From Squalus acanthias (Eukaryota), in NCBI GenBank assembly GCA_030390025.1, contig CM059432.1:148740001-148804000 (forward strand): a stretch of 64,000 bases of DNA, given 5' to 3'. This document shows positions 48,536-62,546 of this stretch, piece after piece. How positions within the stretch are numbered: position 1 is the first letter of the stretch; every line of letters begins with the position of its first letter. The position numbers were made by a program, and so were the translations under genes. The notes below the pieces were generated by a model, which was not told where the DNA came from, ran no database searches, and worked only from the letters and a program-made list of their open reading frames with translations.

Positions 48536-49292
48536 ATTGCATCGTCAATGTAGAAATACATCCCAAAACCAAAATACTAAATATGCTTGGTTACAATATA
48601 TGGGGAGGGAGGGGAAGAAAGAGCGACAGAGCGAGGGGGAACAGTACTAATAGTAGTAATATTGTAGTTGTAGTATTAATAGTAATAGTTGGAGTAGTAA
48701 CCCAAGCAGTTCTGAGAGCAGATAAGACTAGCTTGGTTTGGTTCTTACAGTACATATTGGTTTGAACTGATGAGTATTGCACTCACTCCGATTAAAAGTT
48801 CAGTGTAGACTGGACCAGGGTGCATGCAGAGGCCAAAACAATTCACAGCAGATCTTCCGCCAAAGACAAAACTTTCAAATCAACCATCAATCAAAAGATG
48901 AGAAATCCCTGATCACCAAGGCTCTGTGACACGTGTACATCCTGGTACCTGCTGTATCCAAGCTGTGCATTTAATAACCGGTGATTTACCTCAGGTTTTT
49001 GAGAGACTGTTGCACTAGTGGAACTGCTACATTAGTGTGCATGTCCCAAGTCCCTTCCCAACCACAGAAAGCTTCTTCCACTCTTCCTCAGTGCTCCCTT
49101 GTCTTTCTCCCCATTCTCTCTCAATCCTGCTGCTCCATCCCGCTGTTCCAGCTCTTCCCCCCCTCCCCCACTGCTGCTGCCTGTCTTATGGAGCCGTCCA
49201 CTGTGAACAATGAACCAGGTGAACACAGACCAAAGCTTTGCCATTCCAATTACAGCAGGCACCCACAGTGGAAATAAACTATCAAACTCCAT

Positions 49293-49985
49293 GGGGGAAA
49301 AATTCGGTTGCTTTGCGCCTCCCGTTAGCGCCCCAAGAGAAATTCAGCGTGAGGTTAGCGGCGGCGGTAACCGTTAGCGCCCCGCGGCGTTGCACCGCCG
49401 ATGATGTCATCACCGTGCGCAGCGCCCCGGCCGCGATCTTCGGTAACGCCCCCTGACTCATCACCGGACGCTATGTCCAACGGGGTCAGGTGGGGCCTAC
49501 CTAGGGCCGGGGCGGAGCTAATTAAAAGCGAGGTGCCGGGCGGCCATTTTTGTTGCTGGCCGCCTGGCAGCACCTGCCCCCTCTGCCGTCTCCGGCCTCC
49601 TCTTCATCAACCCCCCCCCCCCCCCGGAGTGCCGGCTGCGCTCCGTGAGCCCGGCACTTCTCGAGTGCCGGGCTCTTTTGCCGGCACTCCGATCCCTGGT
49701 GGCCCAGCTGGGCCCCGGGTCACGCTGCGCAAGGCCCCTCCCCTTTAATAAGGGGAGGAAGGCCTGCAGTACCGCGGCATGGCGCTGCGGCACATAGCGC
49801 CGCGATATTCCCTCGCAGCGCCCCAAGAGGGAGGCGGGACGCTTCCAGTAGCACCCCGCTTCCCTCTTGGGACGCTACCACTCAATTTCGACCGCGGGGG
49901 GGCGCTAATTTTTTTGGGGCACTAAAAGTAGCGCCCCGGCAAAGTTAACGCCCCAAAGGGGGCGCGACTCAATTTCCCCCCCCCC
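49293..49985. mobile_element. GC-rich MITE family E, complete
   Basis: gggggaaaaattcggt ... caatttccccc. Confidence 0.85.
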
Positions 49986-51399
49986 ATACCTTTAAAAAAA
50001 ATCACTACAAATTGCCACAATTGGAAGCATCAAGTGTGTAAATAAGCTACACCTTGGGATGCCGGTCAATTATTTAGAATAAAGCACTCTTGATATGGCT
50101 GCTATCAGACGATCCTGTCATCTGCTCACCTCTCTGATGGTTTACTATCTCTGATTTACCCTTTCCTGACATGTAAAGAGTAAACAGCCAGCGTTCCCGG
50201 TCTACGCTCTCGTTGGGCGAGGGTTCCCACCAAGCATGCAAACTACTTAAAAGGGCACTGCCTTTGTCAAAAAGTGTTTGGCAAACCTTGTCTTGTTTGA
50301 CTAGAAGCATGTGGTGCATTAAAAAGCACCATCCTGCCAAAGCATGCGGTTCCATTGCAACAAAATGATGTACGGCTCCCCACCCTTCCCAAACAAGATA
50401 CAATAAATACTTTTTTTTTTAAACCACACAGTGCCCCTTTAATTGTGGTTCCTCTGGTTTACACAAATGTGGAACTTCAGCATTTTGCAATAACTTCTCA
50501 CAAAGTAAAGACATTCCAGCTGACCACAACAAACCAATTTTCTACTCGAGCATTAAACCAAGCGCATTTCTAAAGCACACAAGATAAAGCCAGAGCTTTC
50601 TCGGAATGAAGAAAATGGGTCCCTGATAAGCACGTTTAGGTTCCTGATGAATTTTCAGATTTCCTTCTGTTAAATTGAGCACAATGTTTTAGTAGAACCA
50701 CAGTTATTGAAAAGCATGGTCAGCGGGCAATTAACAGCACAAACCTCAAAACCAACCACCATCTCCTGGCAGCTCGCTGACTAATTACACGAAGACTCGG
50801 TCAGCTCCCTGGAACTGCAGCTAACCAGGTTTAATAAAGAACGCCAAGAATACATATTAAAAATTGCCCATGATATTTAGAACTACCAACAGCACATGCA
50901 GTCAGCACGTATAAAGACATTCCACACAGAGCCTACCCTGCACAAGCACTTCTACCTCCCATTCCAGCTACTAGTTTCACAGAGAGCCCATACTTGTTCT
51001 CTTAAGTGACACCCGTGCTCCGATGCTCAGATCACACTGACTGAATGGTGTAGCCATACAGTCATATTATTCAGTATTTTGCCAAAAACCAGTATCTCCT
51101 TCTGCCCTGGTAGTGTAAAGGTTCATACACTCCTTCATACTGCTGCAGTAGCAGCTTCAAGCTTCAGCTCTGGCACTTGGATCTGCCAAGTCACCGAGTT
51201 GTCGCTGGGCAAAGAGCATTTCGTTCAGCAGAAAATCAACACTGGCGCTGGACAATGATACGGCCTCTTGTTAGTCGCAGAGTGAAGTCCTGGTCTCAGG
51301 TAGGCTGTGTGGAGAAGCTATCAAGACAAGGCAAGGTGCTTCCTCACGTGGAGAAAGAGAAAAAAACAAAAAGGACAAGTCCACATTCCAAAAAGAAAA

Positions 51400-51790
51400 A
51401 ACACTTGCATTTCTATAGCGCCTTTATGACCTCAGGACATCCCAAAGTGCTTTACAGCCCATGAAGTACTTTTTAAGTGTGGTCACTGTTGCAATGTAGG
51501 AAACGTGGCAGCCAATTTGCACACAGCAAGCTCCCACAAACAGCAACGTGACATTGACCAGATAATCTGTTTTTAAGTGTTGGTTAAGGGATAAATATTG
51601 TCCAGAACACTGGGGAGAATTTCCCTGCTCTTCTTCGAAATAATGCCATGCGATCTTTTACATCCACCTGAGGGGGGCAGAGGGGCCTCAGTTTAACGTC
51701 TCGTCCGAAAGACACCACCTCCGACAGTGCAGCACTCCCTCAGTACTGCACTGGAGAGTCAGCCTAGGTTTTTGTGCTCAAGTCCCTGAC
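51400..51790 (-). mobile_element. DeuSINE (SacSINE1-like)
   Basis: Deu core GGAGTGCTGCACTGTCGGAGGTG.TGTCTTTCGGACGAGACGTTAAACTGAGGCCCC on the minus strand. Confidence 0.85.
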
Positions 51791-53300
51791 CCGGAGGAGA
51801 GAGTGCGACCACTGAGCCACCCCCATGATCTCCTGTAAACTGGTTCCAGAGCAGGAATAGGGAATCTTCTCACCATCTTGATAAGTAGGTATCTCACCAG
51901 GGAAGACCCAATCCTTGCAGGAAAAGAAAAATCATCTGAGCGAGCCTTGAACATCCATCTAATTGACAGGGCAAGCAAGATAAGTCGAATGGCCTTTTCG
52001 CATTCCTGGCTTCCTATACGTCTATGACTTTATCCTTATATTCCTGGTGACTCGGTTTGGAAGGTGTTCAGCGCTGTGGATGATGTACAGCCACAAGAGG
52101 ACAGAAAGGAGCAACAGAAATCTCATTTCCTAAAAAAATCGATGAATCCTACCGATGTGGTTTTAAAGTTAGAATAAATATATTAGGTGATGCTCATATC
52201 CCCAAGGTGATCGGAGCTCCTGTAGTATCACACAAATCACTTCTTGGGTGAAAAAATAATCCCCGACAAATAATGCTGACATTTCGTGAAGGGATTTGCA
52301 GTACTTAAAGCAATCAAACTTCTTCAGATATACATTGAACTATGGGTTTGGAAAAGCTTCGGACACAAATGCATTTCCACCTGTTTTCAGTCTGGCAAGT
52401 CACGTAGCTACTGTAAAAGATCTCACCAACTCAGAGCTTCTTCCTGTTGATCGCCCAGCCTATTTGCAAACACTCTGTGCAAATGTTATTCCTGCACTAA
52501 ATTAATGGGTGGCCTTAGCAAAAACAACACTGAACATTAAAGGATCGATTCACTGGTGAAAGCTGTGCACAAGAGACCCACTCCCAAAACCTGACTCCTA
52601 CCTTCAGATCCCCATGTGTCTACTTACAAGGCTGCATGTAGAAGGTCACCGAGAAACATGAGCTTAATCTTTCCTCTTACTTCCCTGGTTCACTGTCATT
52701 TCTTTTGAAGCCAAGATATTAGTAACCTTCACTACAGATTACTGGGCTATCATCAATCAAGCAGCTACAATTTTACGGTAATTATTTAAATAAACCATGC
52801 ATAGTATATAGCAGGTAGCTGTGATATACAATACCTCCAGTCATCAATTTTTTTTTTTGCTTCGGAACATCAAAAGAATAATTAGTGCCACATTTCTGGC
52901 TGTGATATGTTTTTTGTCGTGGAATTTCCATTTGCCTTCTGCCACAGAACAATTTTAAGTTGCCACTAATTCAGTTGAAAGGACCCTTGTATGTGCAGCA
53001 TCCATTCGCTCGAGCCACTCATTCATTTCATGAAAATATATAGTTGACAGAGAATTTGGGCTAAATTATTGATGGAAGGAATCGGTGAGTTGCCAGTCAC
53101 AGAACACTCTAATTATAACTTTAAATTATCTAAACACTCCTCTTGGTTGGAAGCCAAACTCCGTGTGGAAGGAGCTCCCCTGAATCCACAGCCCAGTACA
53201 GATGTGAAAGCAGTCTGACACATTTCATGCCACATGTCCCCTGTCCACACGGACGGATTAAGAATTCTTGGGCCTTCTGTGCCTCCCCACCACCCCCTTT

Positions 53301-53707
53301 CAGGGTTGCTAACTTGGAGGTTTCAATCACATGACCTCTTGCCTCCAACCAGCCCGCCCAGCTGAACAGCCATTTTCTCCCCCCATCTTCATTATTTTGA
53401 TAACTAATAAACAAAAGAAAATGAAAACAAACCCCACAATTTTTCGAATGATCCTTTGACTTTTCTCCTGGGTTGCTCGCAGCAGTGTCCAGGAGTTTAA
53501 TCCTTAATTCCCGGAGACTTTAAGACAATCAAATTTAGGTTCCTAGACACAAAAGGCGTCAAGGGGTATGGGGAGAGAGCGGGAATATGGTATTGAGATA
53601 GAGGATCAGCCATGATCATATTGAATGGCGGAGCAGGCTCGAAGGGCCGAATGGCCGACTCCTGCTCCTATTTTTCTATGTTTCTAATCTTGGAGGGTTG
53701 GCAACCC
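53301..53707. mobile_element. hAT-like MITE with a CR1 tail inserted at ~53531-53685
   Basis: cagggttgctaac / gttggcaaccc ends; AATC duplicated around the CR1 tail. Confidence 0.75.
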
Positions 53708-54588
53708 ATCGTCTCTTCCCCCATCCCCCCCCCGATCCATCAAAACACAAGTGTAAATTATAACAGCATGTGTTAGTATTTATATTGCTGGGTTATTTGG
53801 AGCCAACTGTTGGATGCAGTTTTGCTGTGTTAGGTGGCTGGGTCCCCTGGACACAGGCCCCATTGACCTGTCTGTTAATCCGCACCTGCCTGTCCAGGAG
53901 CATAATTTCAGCGCATGGTTTTTTTCTGCAGCAGCTGCTCAGCTTCCATCTGTTTCCAGAGCAACAGAAACCAGAGAGCTAATCGGTCACGCTATCATCC
54001 TGGATCTGACCAAAATGTAATTTGAAGAATTTCAGACATCCCAGTAGAACCTAAGTATTGTTCGGAATTCGACAAGCGGTACGTTTTACAGTCTCTAGAT
54101 AGAAGGGACCAAGCTAAAAATGGTGACAAGAGAGCGTTGTGGCCATGTGCTGCAGTGTTGGGCGCAAGCATCTGCTTAAAGGGGGGGGGAGGGGGGGGAA
54201 CGGTTAGCAGAGGAAAGAGCCCTGGTCATTTGTATCATCGGCACATCATGAAGACACCATTTGCAAGTGGTGCTCTGATGTTTTGTGATGCTCTGCTATT
54301 CCCACAACACAAAAGGTGCCTGCAATGAAAATTATGTCAATTAATTCTGTGATTATGCAAAGACCAAAAAAGAGATTCCTAACAGTATCACAGGACTCTT
54401 ACTGTCCCTTTAAACGAAGAGGGTGAAGAAATGGGCTGGTGAAAGAGTCTACATCGAAAACATGTACTGTATAAAAGTACAGACTTTCTACTAAATAAAT
54501 GAAGAGGCAATTTGAACTAAATAAACAGACAGGTTTAAATAAACACAAAGAATTTGTACTAAACAGAGAGTTTGTGCTGAATAAACAG

Positions 54589-55234
54589 AGGCCCTGATTT
54601 TAATGCATGCATTCCCCAAAGCTGGCAGTGAATCCAGGGAGTCCGGGGACATGGGGGCCTCAGCACCATAAATATTCTCGCTGGCCCTCCCGAACCCGGC
54701 CAGATCCAGTACCTGGCCAGAGGGCAGGAGCAAGAATTCGGCAGCAGGAGGTAGGACCCAAGTAAGTGATGAGGCAGGCTCTGGATGCGATCAGAGGCAG
54801 GGTGGAGCCTCAGAGTGCCACGGTGGAGCCTCAGAGTGCCACTTGCAAGGGAGACCCAGAGGAGCACTCCTGGCCCACAAGGAAACCTAAAGTTACATTT
54901 TAAAACTTACCTGCTGGGCTTCTTCTGGTCCATGATACCCCCATCCCGCCGCCCCAGCAGGTCTGGCCCGATGGGGAAGCTGCCACTTCTCCTCGCTCAG
55001 ACCTCAGGCCAATGTTGCAGTCCTGTGCCGATGACATTATCAGGCCCCGATCTGCATATTGAAAAGTGGTCCCGGCTGCCTTCCTGCGGGTGTCCCGCAT
55101 ACGTCCTCAAAAGAACAGGTTAACATCGTGACACGACAGGAAGGCAGCCAATTCAGAGGAGAGGAGTGACTGCCCTCCTTTAAACTGACCCCTCCCCACC
55201 CCTGCCTGTTCTCCACCAAGTTAAAATCGAGCCC
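54589..55234. mobile_element. Harbinger-like MITE with an internal perfect 21-bp tandem duplication (54801-54842)
   Basis: ggccctgattttaa / ttaaaatcgagccc. Confidence 0.65.
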
Positions 55235-55927
55235 AGCGAGTTTGCCCCAAATAGATGCAGAGAGAGTTTGTATTAAATCAACACATTAAGTTATTGCTAA
55301 CTTGCTGGTTTGAAGGCAGAGCTGTGTTCAAGAAATGTTCCTCCCACCCTTCATTACTCCTACTCGATATATTAAAAAAAGCGGAATATATCAAATAAGC
55401 GGAACTCAAAAGGTGCGTGAGTTCTGGCAGTGCATGTACACCAGGTTTTTTTTTTATATCCTCCAATCTGCCATGTCTCCTCATTTTAGAATCCCACTGG
55501 AGTTGGAGCTGGTCACAAAATAGCGTTAAAGGGGCAATGTCTTCAAGAAAGTGTTGGTTAGATATTTTTTTTCAATAAACAGTTGTTTACTGAGACTTAG
55601 TATGATCGTGTCAGATGTTGAAACTCATGTGATGCTGTAAAGATGGAACTGATAAGGTTCTTCTCACGCCCCAAATAAGAATTCATTTGCCTAAACACAT
55701 TTCATAAAAAAAATTAATTGTATTAATAAACAGCTACCACAACATTTTCCTTACTTCGGGATCTGCAAGTGAGTTTATAAAAATATCTATCGATAATATA
55801 TTAAACATCTTACCTGTTGTTGACTTTTACCATTATAAATTACTATATCCATATTCATAATGGAAAGTGTCCATGTTAATTTGTCACACGGTAAATACAC
55901 TGCAGCACCACCACTGTGAGGAGGGTG

Positions 55928-56803
55928 TAGGAACATAGGAACAGGAGGAGGCTATTCAGTCCCTCCAGCCTGTTCAGCCATTCATTTAGATCATGGCTGA
56001 TCTGTATCTTAACTCCATTTACCAGCCTTGGTTCTGTAACCCCGAAATACCCTTGGCCAACAAAAATCTATCAATCTCCGTTTTGAAATTTTCAATTCAC
56101 CGAGCATCAATAGCTTTTTGGGGGAGAGAGTTCCAGATTTCCACTATCCTGTGTGTGAAGAATGTGCGTCCTGACATCTCCTCTGAATGGGCTCGCTCGA
56201 ATTTTAAGGTTATGTCCCCTTATTCTGGACTCTCCCCCCCCCCCCCCCCCCAGAGGAAATAGTTTCTCTCTATCTACCCCATCAACTCCTTTAATCATCT
56301 TAAACACCTCAATTAGATCATCCCTTAATTTTCTATACTCAAGCGAATACAAGCCTAGTCGAGGGTGACCATATTTTCTGAAATCGAATCCGGGGGACAC
56401 ACAGAGTGGGGAGCACAGCAAAGTCGCCAGGACGGAGAATGTAGGATGCGCAGCGTAGCGAGGCAAAAAAATGTGTTACTCTGATGCAAACTGAATCTGC
56501 AAAAAAGCAGCGCTGGAACTTCCCGCCTGAATAACGCGGCCGCTGTTCGCAGCATCTGCCGGCAGCAATCACCGGCTCCTCCCCCTCCTCACAGCCCGAC
56601 ACTCACCCACCCACACGCCACCCGAGGTCGCGGAGCGGGCTCCGATCCTGCTCCCGGGACATCCACACGGCCTGGCTCCAGACACCGCTCATTAGTCCAG
56701 TTACCAGCGGACCTCGTTACTCCTTCGTTTTGGCTCCGGGGCCGATTACTCTTCAACCGACTTCCGAATTCCACAGGACTATCCGGGGATTCGGTGAGGG
56801 AGG

Positions 56804-56838
<35 letters not shown>

Positions 56839-57410
56839 GGGAGGGGACTGCGGCCACAGAGTGCGATCTCTGCATAGATTAAAGTCCCTCAGTCCCTTCT
56901 ACTGGTTGAAAAACAGGAGATCGAGATCCCTCCCACCAATGGGAACCCGCCCCGCCGCACAGCCCCTGCCCACTTTACTGACCGACTGCAGGGCAGCTCG
57001 GAGGTCACGTGGCTCCCGATTTGAACCCGCGCGTATTCGGGGAACGAGTTTCCTGAACCAGGGTCTCTTCCAGGGACACTGCCCGGGGACACAGTCTCTC
57101 AGCTGGGAACTGTCCCCGGAAACCAGGGAGGTATGGTCACCCTAACCTAGCCTGTGCAACCTGTCCTCATAATTTAACCCTTTTAACCCCGGTATCATTC
57201 TGGTGAATCTGCGCTGCTCCCCCTCCAAGGCCAATACATCCTTCCTGAGGTGTGGTGCCCAAAACTGAATGCAGTACCCAGATGGGATTGAACCAGAGCT
57301 TTATATAACTCGAACATGACTTCCATCCCTTTGTATTCCAGCCCCCTCAAGATAAAGGCCAACATTCCATTAGCCTTTTAAGTTATTTCTTGTACCTGTT
57401 CATGAGCTTT
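55928..57410 (-). mobile_element. CR1 3' portion interrupted by a hAT element
   Basis: RLGLYSLEYRKLRDDLIEVFK; 3' tail near 55930. Confidence 0.9.
56361..57144. mobile_element. hAT (Blackjack-type ends) non-autonomous element
   Basis: TIR AGGGTGACCATA / TATGGTCACCCT; decayed 8-bp TSD GCCTAGTC / ACCTAGCC; removal restores the CR1. Confidence 0.85.
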
Positions 57411-58762
57411 CAGTAATTACAGCGGGACAAGTTTAGGTGTGCAGCTTTCTTATAAAAAAAATGTAGAAAATGATTATGTAAATATAAATGTAAGGACAGA
57501 ATGTATGACTTTAAAACAGAGACTAAATTACATCTGTGCGCCCTAGTCCAATTGTCCCCCGCCCTCTGACCCCACTTCACCCGAAGGCTACATTTATACT
57601 CCCTGTGTGCAACGCCATGGAAGATCAGCCAGAAATAGTCAGAACTCATTGGTATTTGAAAGGATTCCAGCAACACATACTTTTACATTTGTATGACGGA
57701 ACAAACATCCAGTATTCTGGAAGCCACATAAATCAGCTTGTGAGGTCACTTTCTAGACCCAGACTGATGGAAACTATTTGAAGTGTGTACAAAACCAGAA
57801 AACCACAAAATGTTGACAGTTCCCTTAAGATGCTCACTACACTGCGCACTCGCCGCACTGCGCACTGTAAACACACTCATTACCCAATCCTCCTCTTAGT
57901 ACAGCCTGTACCACTTAAACTGCCCACGTTTAAATGGGGCAAAAAGCGCTAACCCATTTCCCTTAACATTATTGTCAAGTACAAAGTCAATGACATGTTT
58001 ACAGCATGGTGGCTATTTCGGGCAGAAACAGGTGTTCAGTAAACACGTATAATGAAGGAGGGGATTTATTGAAGCAATCAAGCTTGCCTGCTCCCTTGGC
58101 AGAGATCAAAATCATATAAGCCATCCAAGAAGTAAGATGAAAAGGTTAAATATTTCCCACACTCGTACTCGAGAGGAATGATGGCAAGACCAGATCAAGA
58201 ACATCACAGGACGATACGGAGAGCGGGGCTGGTAGCAATATCAATGGAAAAAGGCTTAGATATCCGCGACTCCTCCTGACAAGCGTTCCAAGGTAGTTAC
58301 TGGACTGTACATAAAGCGTCGAAAACATAGAACGGGAAAATGGTGTTCACACCAACTATAAGCAGTGGGAACGGTGTTAAAATAACAGTATCGTTCAAAA
58401 TAATTGTTGAAGAGTTAGGGTTGAGAGAATTCACTCCGGGAGGGGAGTTTGGCTTGATGGCAGCACAGAGGTCAACGCAGATTGCAGAATTAGTCCCAGA
58501 AAATCAGCAGCACAGCCAATCTGAGGGTTCATCTCCCTCATCAGGCACTCCTGGTGAGGAGTGGAGCTCAGAGGAAGTGCTACTCAGGAATCCCAGAGTC
58601 TGCAGCCCTTGACTTCACATGAATGTACAGAATACATTTTTACAAAAATACATTGCACTGAATGTAAATGATGGTACAGAACATAAAGGGTTGCTGGCCC
58701 GCGGTGAATCAGCCCTCTAGCACGCTGACCTCTGCACCTGCTCCGCACTTCCTTTGAATGAG

Positions 58763-58992
58763 ACAACAACAACAACTTGTATTTATATAGCGCCTTTAAC
58801 GTAGTAAAACGTCCCAAGGCGCTTCACAGGAGTATTTTAAGACAAAAAATTTGACACCGAGCCACATAAGGATAAATTAGGGCAGGTGACCAAAAACTTG
58901 GTCAAAGAGGTAGGTTTTAAGGAGCGTCTTAAAGGAGGAGAGAGAGGTAGCGAGGCGGAGAGGTTTAGGCAGGGAATTCCAGAGCTTAGGGC
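58763..58992 (-). mobile_element. L2-type LINE 3' end
   Basis: Reverse complement of 22490-22714; (CAA)n tail. Confidence 0.88.
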
Positions 58993-60378
58993 CTTGTACC
59001 ATCAACTAGTGGGAACAGCCTTTCCCCGTCTAGCCTGTCCAAACCCGTCATAATCTTGTACACCTCTATCAAATCACCCCTCAACCTCCTTTGCTCCAAT
59101 GAAAACAAATCCAGCTTCTCCAAGCTGTCCTTGTAGCTAAGATCCCCCATCCCCAGAACCATTCTGGTAAATCTCCTCTGCACCCTCTCAAGGGCCTTCA
59201 CATCCTTCCTAAAGTGTGGTGAACAGAACTGGACGCAATACTCCAGTTGTGGCCTAACCAGCGCTTTATAAAGGTTCAGCATAACTTCTCTACTTTTGTA
59301 CTCAATACCACTATTTATGAAGCCCAAGATCCCATATGCTTCGCTAACCATTCTCTCAATATGTCCTGCCACCTTCAGGGACCTATGCACATTAACTCCC
59401 AGGTCCCTCTGTCCCTGCACACTCTTTAAAACTGTGCCATTAAGTGTATATTGCCTCTCCCTGTTCCTTCTGCCAAAATGCATCACCTCACACTTCTCTC
59501 TATTAAATTCCATCTGCCACTTGTCTGCCCATTCTGCTAGCCTTTCTATGTCCTGCTGCAGTCGATTGGTATCATCAGTTTGCCACACCCCCAAGTTTGG
59601 TATCAACAGCAAATTTAGAAATTCAACTTTGTAATCCAATATCCAGGTCATTTATATATATCAAAAAAAACAGTGGCCCCAGCACTGACCCTTGGAGAAC
59701 ACCACTGTCCACCATCCTCCAGTCTGAAAAGCAGCCATTTACCACAACTCGCTGTTTTCTGTCCTTAAGCCAATTCCTTATCCAAGCTGCCACTGACCCA
59801 CCTATTCCATGAGCCTCAATTTTGTTAACCAGCCTTCTATGTGGTACTTTGTCAAACGCCTTCCAAAAATCCATGTAGACAACATTCATTGCATTCCCTT
59901 CATCAATCCTCCCTTCAAAAAATTCAATTAGATTAGTCAAACACGATCTGCCTTTTACAAATCCATGTTGGCTCTCCTTAATTAGCTTAAACCTCTCCAA
60001 GTGCCTGTTAATTTTTTCCTTGATTATTGTTTCTAAAACCTTACCCACCACTGATGTTAAACTGACCGGCCTGTAGTTACTAGGATTGTCCTTATACCCT
60101 TTCTTGAACAATGGTGTCACATTTGCCACTTTCCAATCCTCAGGCACCTCCCCTGCATCTAGGGAAGATTGGAAAATTATGGCAAGCCCTTCCGCTATCT
60201 CCTCCCCCAATTCCCTTAGCAACCTGGGATGCAAGCCATCAAGACCAGGCGACTTATCCACTCTAAGCATACCCAGCCTTTCTAGTACATCCTGTCTATC
60301 AATTTTCACCCCTTCATTGCTTCTACCTTTTCCACTTCTACCGATATTTTGTCAGCATCCACCTCCTTAGTAAACACC
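58993..60378 (-). mobile_element. CR1 LINE internal RT fragment, frameshifted
   Basis: [16 protein letters not shown] and YKALVRPQLEYCVQF motifs. Confidence 0.93.
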
Positions 60379-60879
60379 TTTTGCTCCTTTTGAGTATGAT
60401 AATACTAGCTGCTCACAGAAGGGAATGCACAGTAGTCTACTCATTCTCACATAGTGTCTTGGGTCCAATAAAATGAATCATTGAAAGCACTAGTATTTGA
60501 CATACTCTACTGCAAACCTTCTCCTAACAGTTATTTGACTATTACTCACAGCTGTGTGCTGTACAGTCTACATACCCTCTATAACACTGCTTCTGCTACC
60601 CATAAAAGGTGTGTTAGAGAGAGTTTTTATATTCTTGTTACTGAAGAAGCCACAAGCAGCAGGAGTTACAACAGATTTCATGAATTACTGTACAAGAAAT
60701 GCTGCACGAGTTTTCTTGTCACTGCTTGTCGGTGTCATTTTACCAGTAAAATAAATGCAAAAATATCAACAACCCAATCTTTATTCACAAAAGTGAATTC
60801 AAGATTACTAACAACAGTACATATCATTACAATGCGAATACAATTCGGTACAGGCCCAGTATTGACCGCACACATTCAT

Positions 60880-62546
60880 GAACATCCCCATCTTCAATGA
60901 TGGTAGAGCCCAGCATGTGAGTGCAAAAGACAAGGCTGAAGCATTTGCAACCATCTTCAGCCAGAAGTAGATGATCCATCTCGGCCTACTCCTGAGGTCC
61001 CCACCATCACAGAAGCCAGTCTTCAGCCAATTCGATATCAAGAAACGGCTGAGCGCACTGGATACAGCAAAGGCTACGGGCCCCGACAACATCCCAGCAG
61101 TAGAGCTGAAGACTTGTGCTCCAGAACTAGCCGTGCCTCTAGCCAAGCTGTTCCAGTACAGCTACAACACTGACCTCTACCCGACAAAGTGGAAAATTGC
61201 CCAGGTATGTCCTGTCAACAAAAAGCAGGAAAATTTCAATCCGGCCAATTACCGCCCCATCAGTCTACTCTCAATCATCAGCAAAGTGATGGAAGGTGTC
61301 GTCGACAGTGTTATTAAACGGCACTTACTCACCAATAACCTGCTCACTGATGCCCAGTTTGGGTTCCGCCAGGACCACATGGACAAAGGAGCTGAATTCC
61401 AGAGGTGAGGTGAGAGTGACTGCCCTTGACATCAAGGCAGCATTTGACCAAGTGTGGCATCAAGGAGCCCTAGTAAAATTGAAGTCAATGGGAATCGGGG
61501 CAAAAACTCTCCACTGGCTGGAGTCATACCTAGCACAAAGGAAGATGGTTGTGGTTGTTGGAGGCCCATCATCTCAGCCCCAGAACATCGCTGCAGGAGT
61601 TCCTCAGGGCAGTGTCCGAGGCCCAACCATCTTCAGTTGCTTCATCAATAACCTTCCCTCCATCATTAGGTCAGAAGTAGGGATGTTCGCTGATGACTGC
61701 ACAGTGTTCAGTTCCATTCACAACTCCTCAGATAATGAAGCAGTCTGTACGCACATGCAGCAAGGCTTGGACAACATTCAGACTTGGGCTGATAAGGGGC
61801 AAGTAACATTCGCGCCACACAAGTGCCAGGCAATGACTATCTCCAACAAGAGAGTCTAGCCACCACCCCTTGACATTCAACAGGATGACCATCCCTGAAT
61901 CCCCCACCAACAACAGCCTGGGGTCACCATTGATCAGAAACTTAACTGTACCAACCACATAAATACTGTGGCTACAAGAGGAGGTCAGAGGCTGGGTATT
62001 CTGCAGCGAGTGACTCACCTCCCGACTCCCCAAAGCCTTTCCACATCTACAAGGCACAAGTCAGGAGAGTGATGGAATAAGCTCCGCTCGCATGGATGAG
62101 TGCAGCTCCAACAACATGAGAGAAGCTCGACACCATCCAGGGCAAAGCAGCCCACTTAAACATTCATTCCATCCATCACCTCCGTACCGTGGCTGCAGTG
62201 TGTACCATCTACAAGATGCACTGCAGCAACTCGCCAAGGCATCTTTGGCAGCACCTCCCAAACCCGCAACCTCTTCCACCTAGAAGGACAAGGGCAGCAG
62301 GTGCATGGGAACACCACCACCTCCAAGTTCCCCTCCAAGTCACACACCATCCTGACTTGGAAATATATCGCCGATCCTTCATCGTCGCTGGGTCAAAATC
62401 CTGGAACTCCCTCCCTAACAGCAGTGTGGGAGCACCTTCACCACACGGACTGCAGCGGTTCAAGAAGGCAGCTCACCACCACCTTCTCAAGGGCAATTAG
62501 GGATGGGCAATAAATGCCAGCGGTGCCCACATCCCACGAATAAATA
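60880..62546 (+). mobile_element. Second CR1-group LINE family, decayed copy
   Basis: Colinear with 41405-43105. Confidence 0.94.

Noticed and set aside
47334..49826. CpG-island promoter and GC-rich ORFs
   Set aside because: The GC-rich sequence is bounded by MITE termini and repeated in inverted form; the ORFs reflect low stop density.
51000..51320. Coding-looking unique stretch
   Set aside because: All three minus frames contain stops, and no homology was recognised.
56817..56836. Long G/C homopolymers (also ~3416, 14846, 16042, 36362, 49612, 56233) as functional G-quadruplexes
   Set aside because: Most lie inside TEs, are consistent with slippage, and have unreliable lengths in assemblies.
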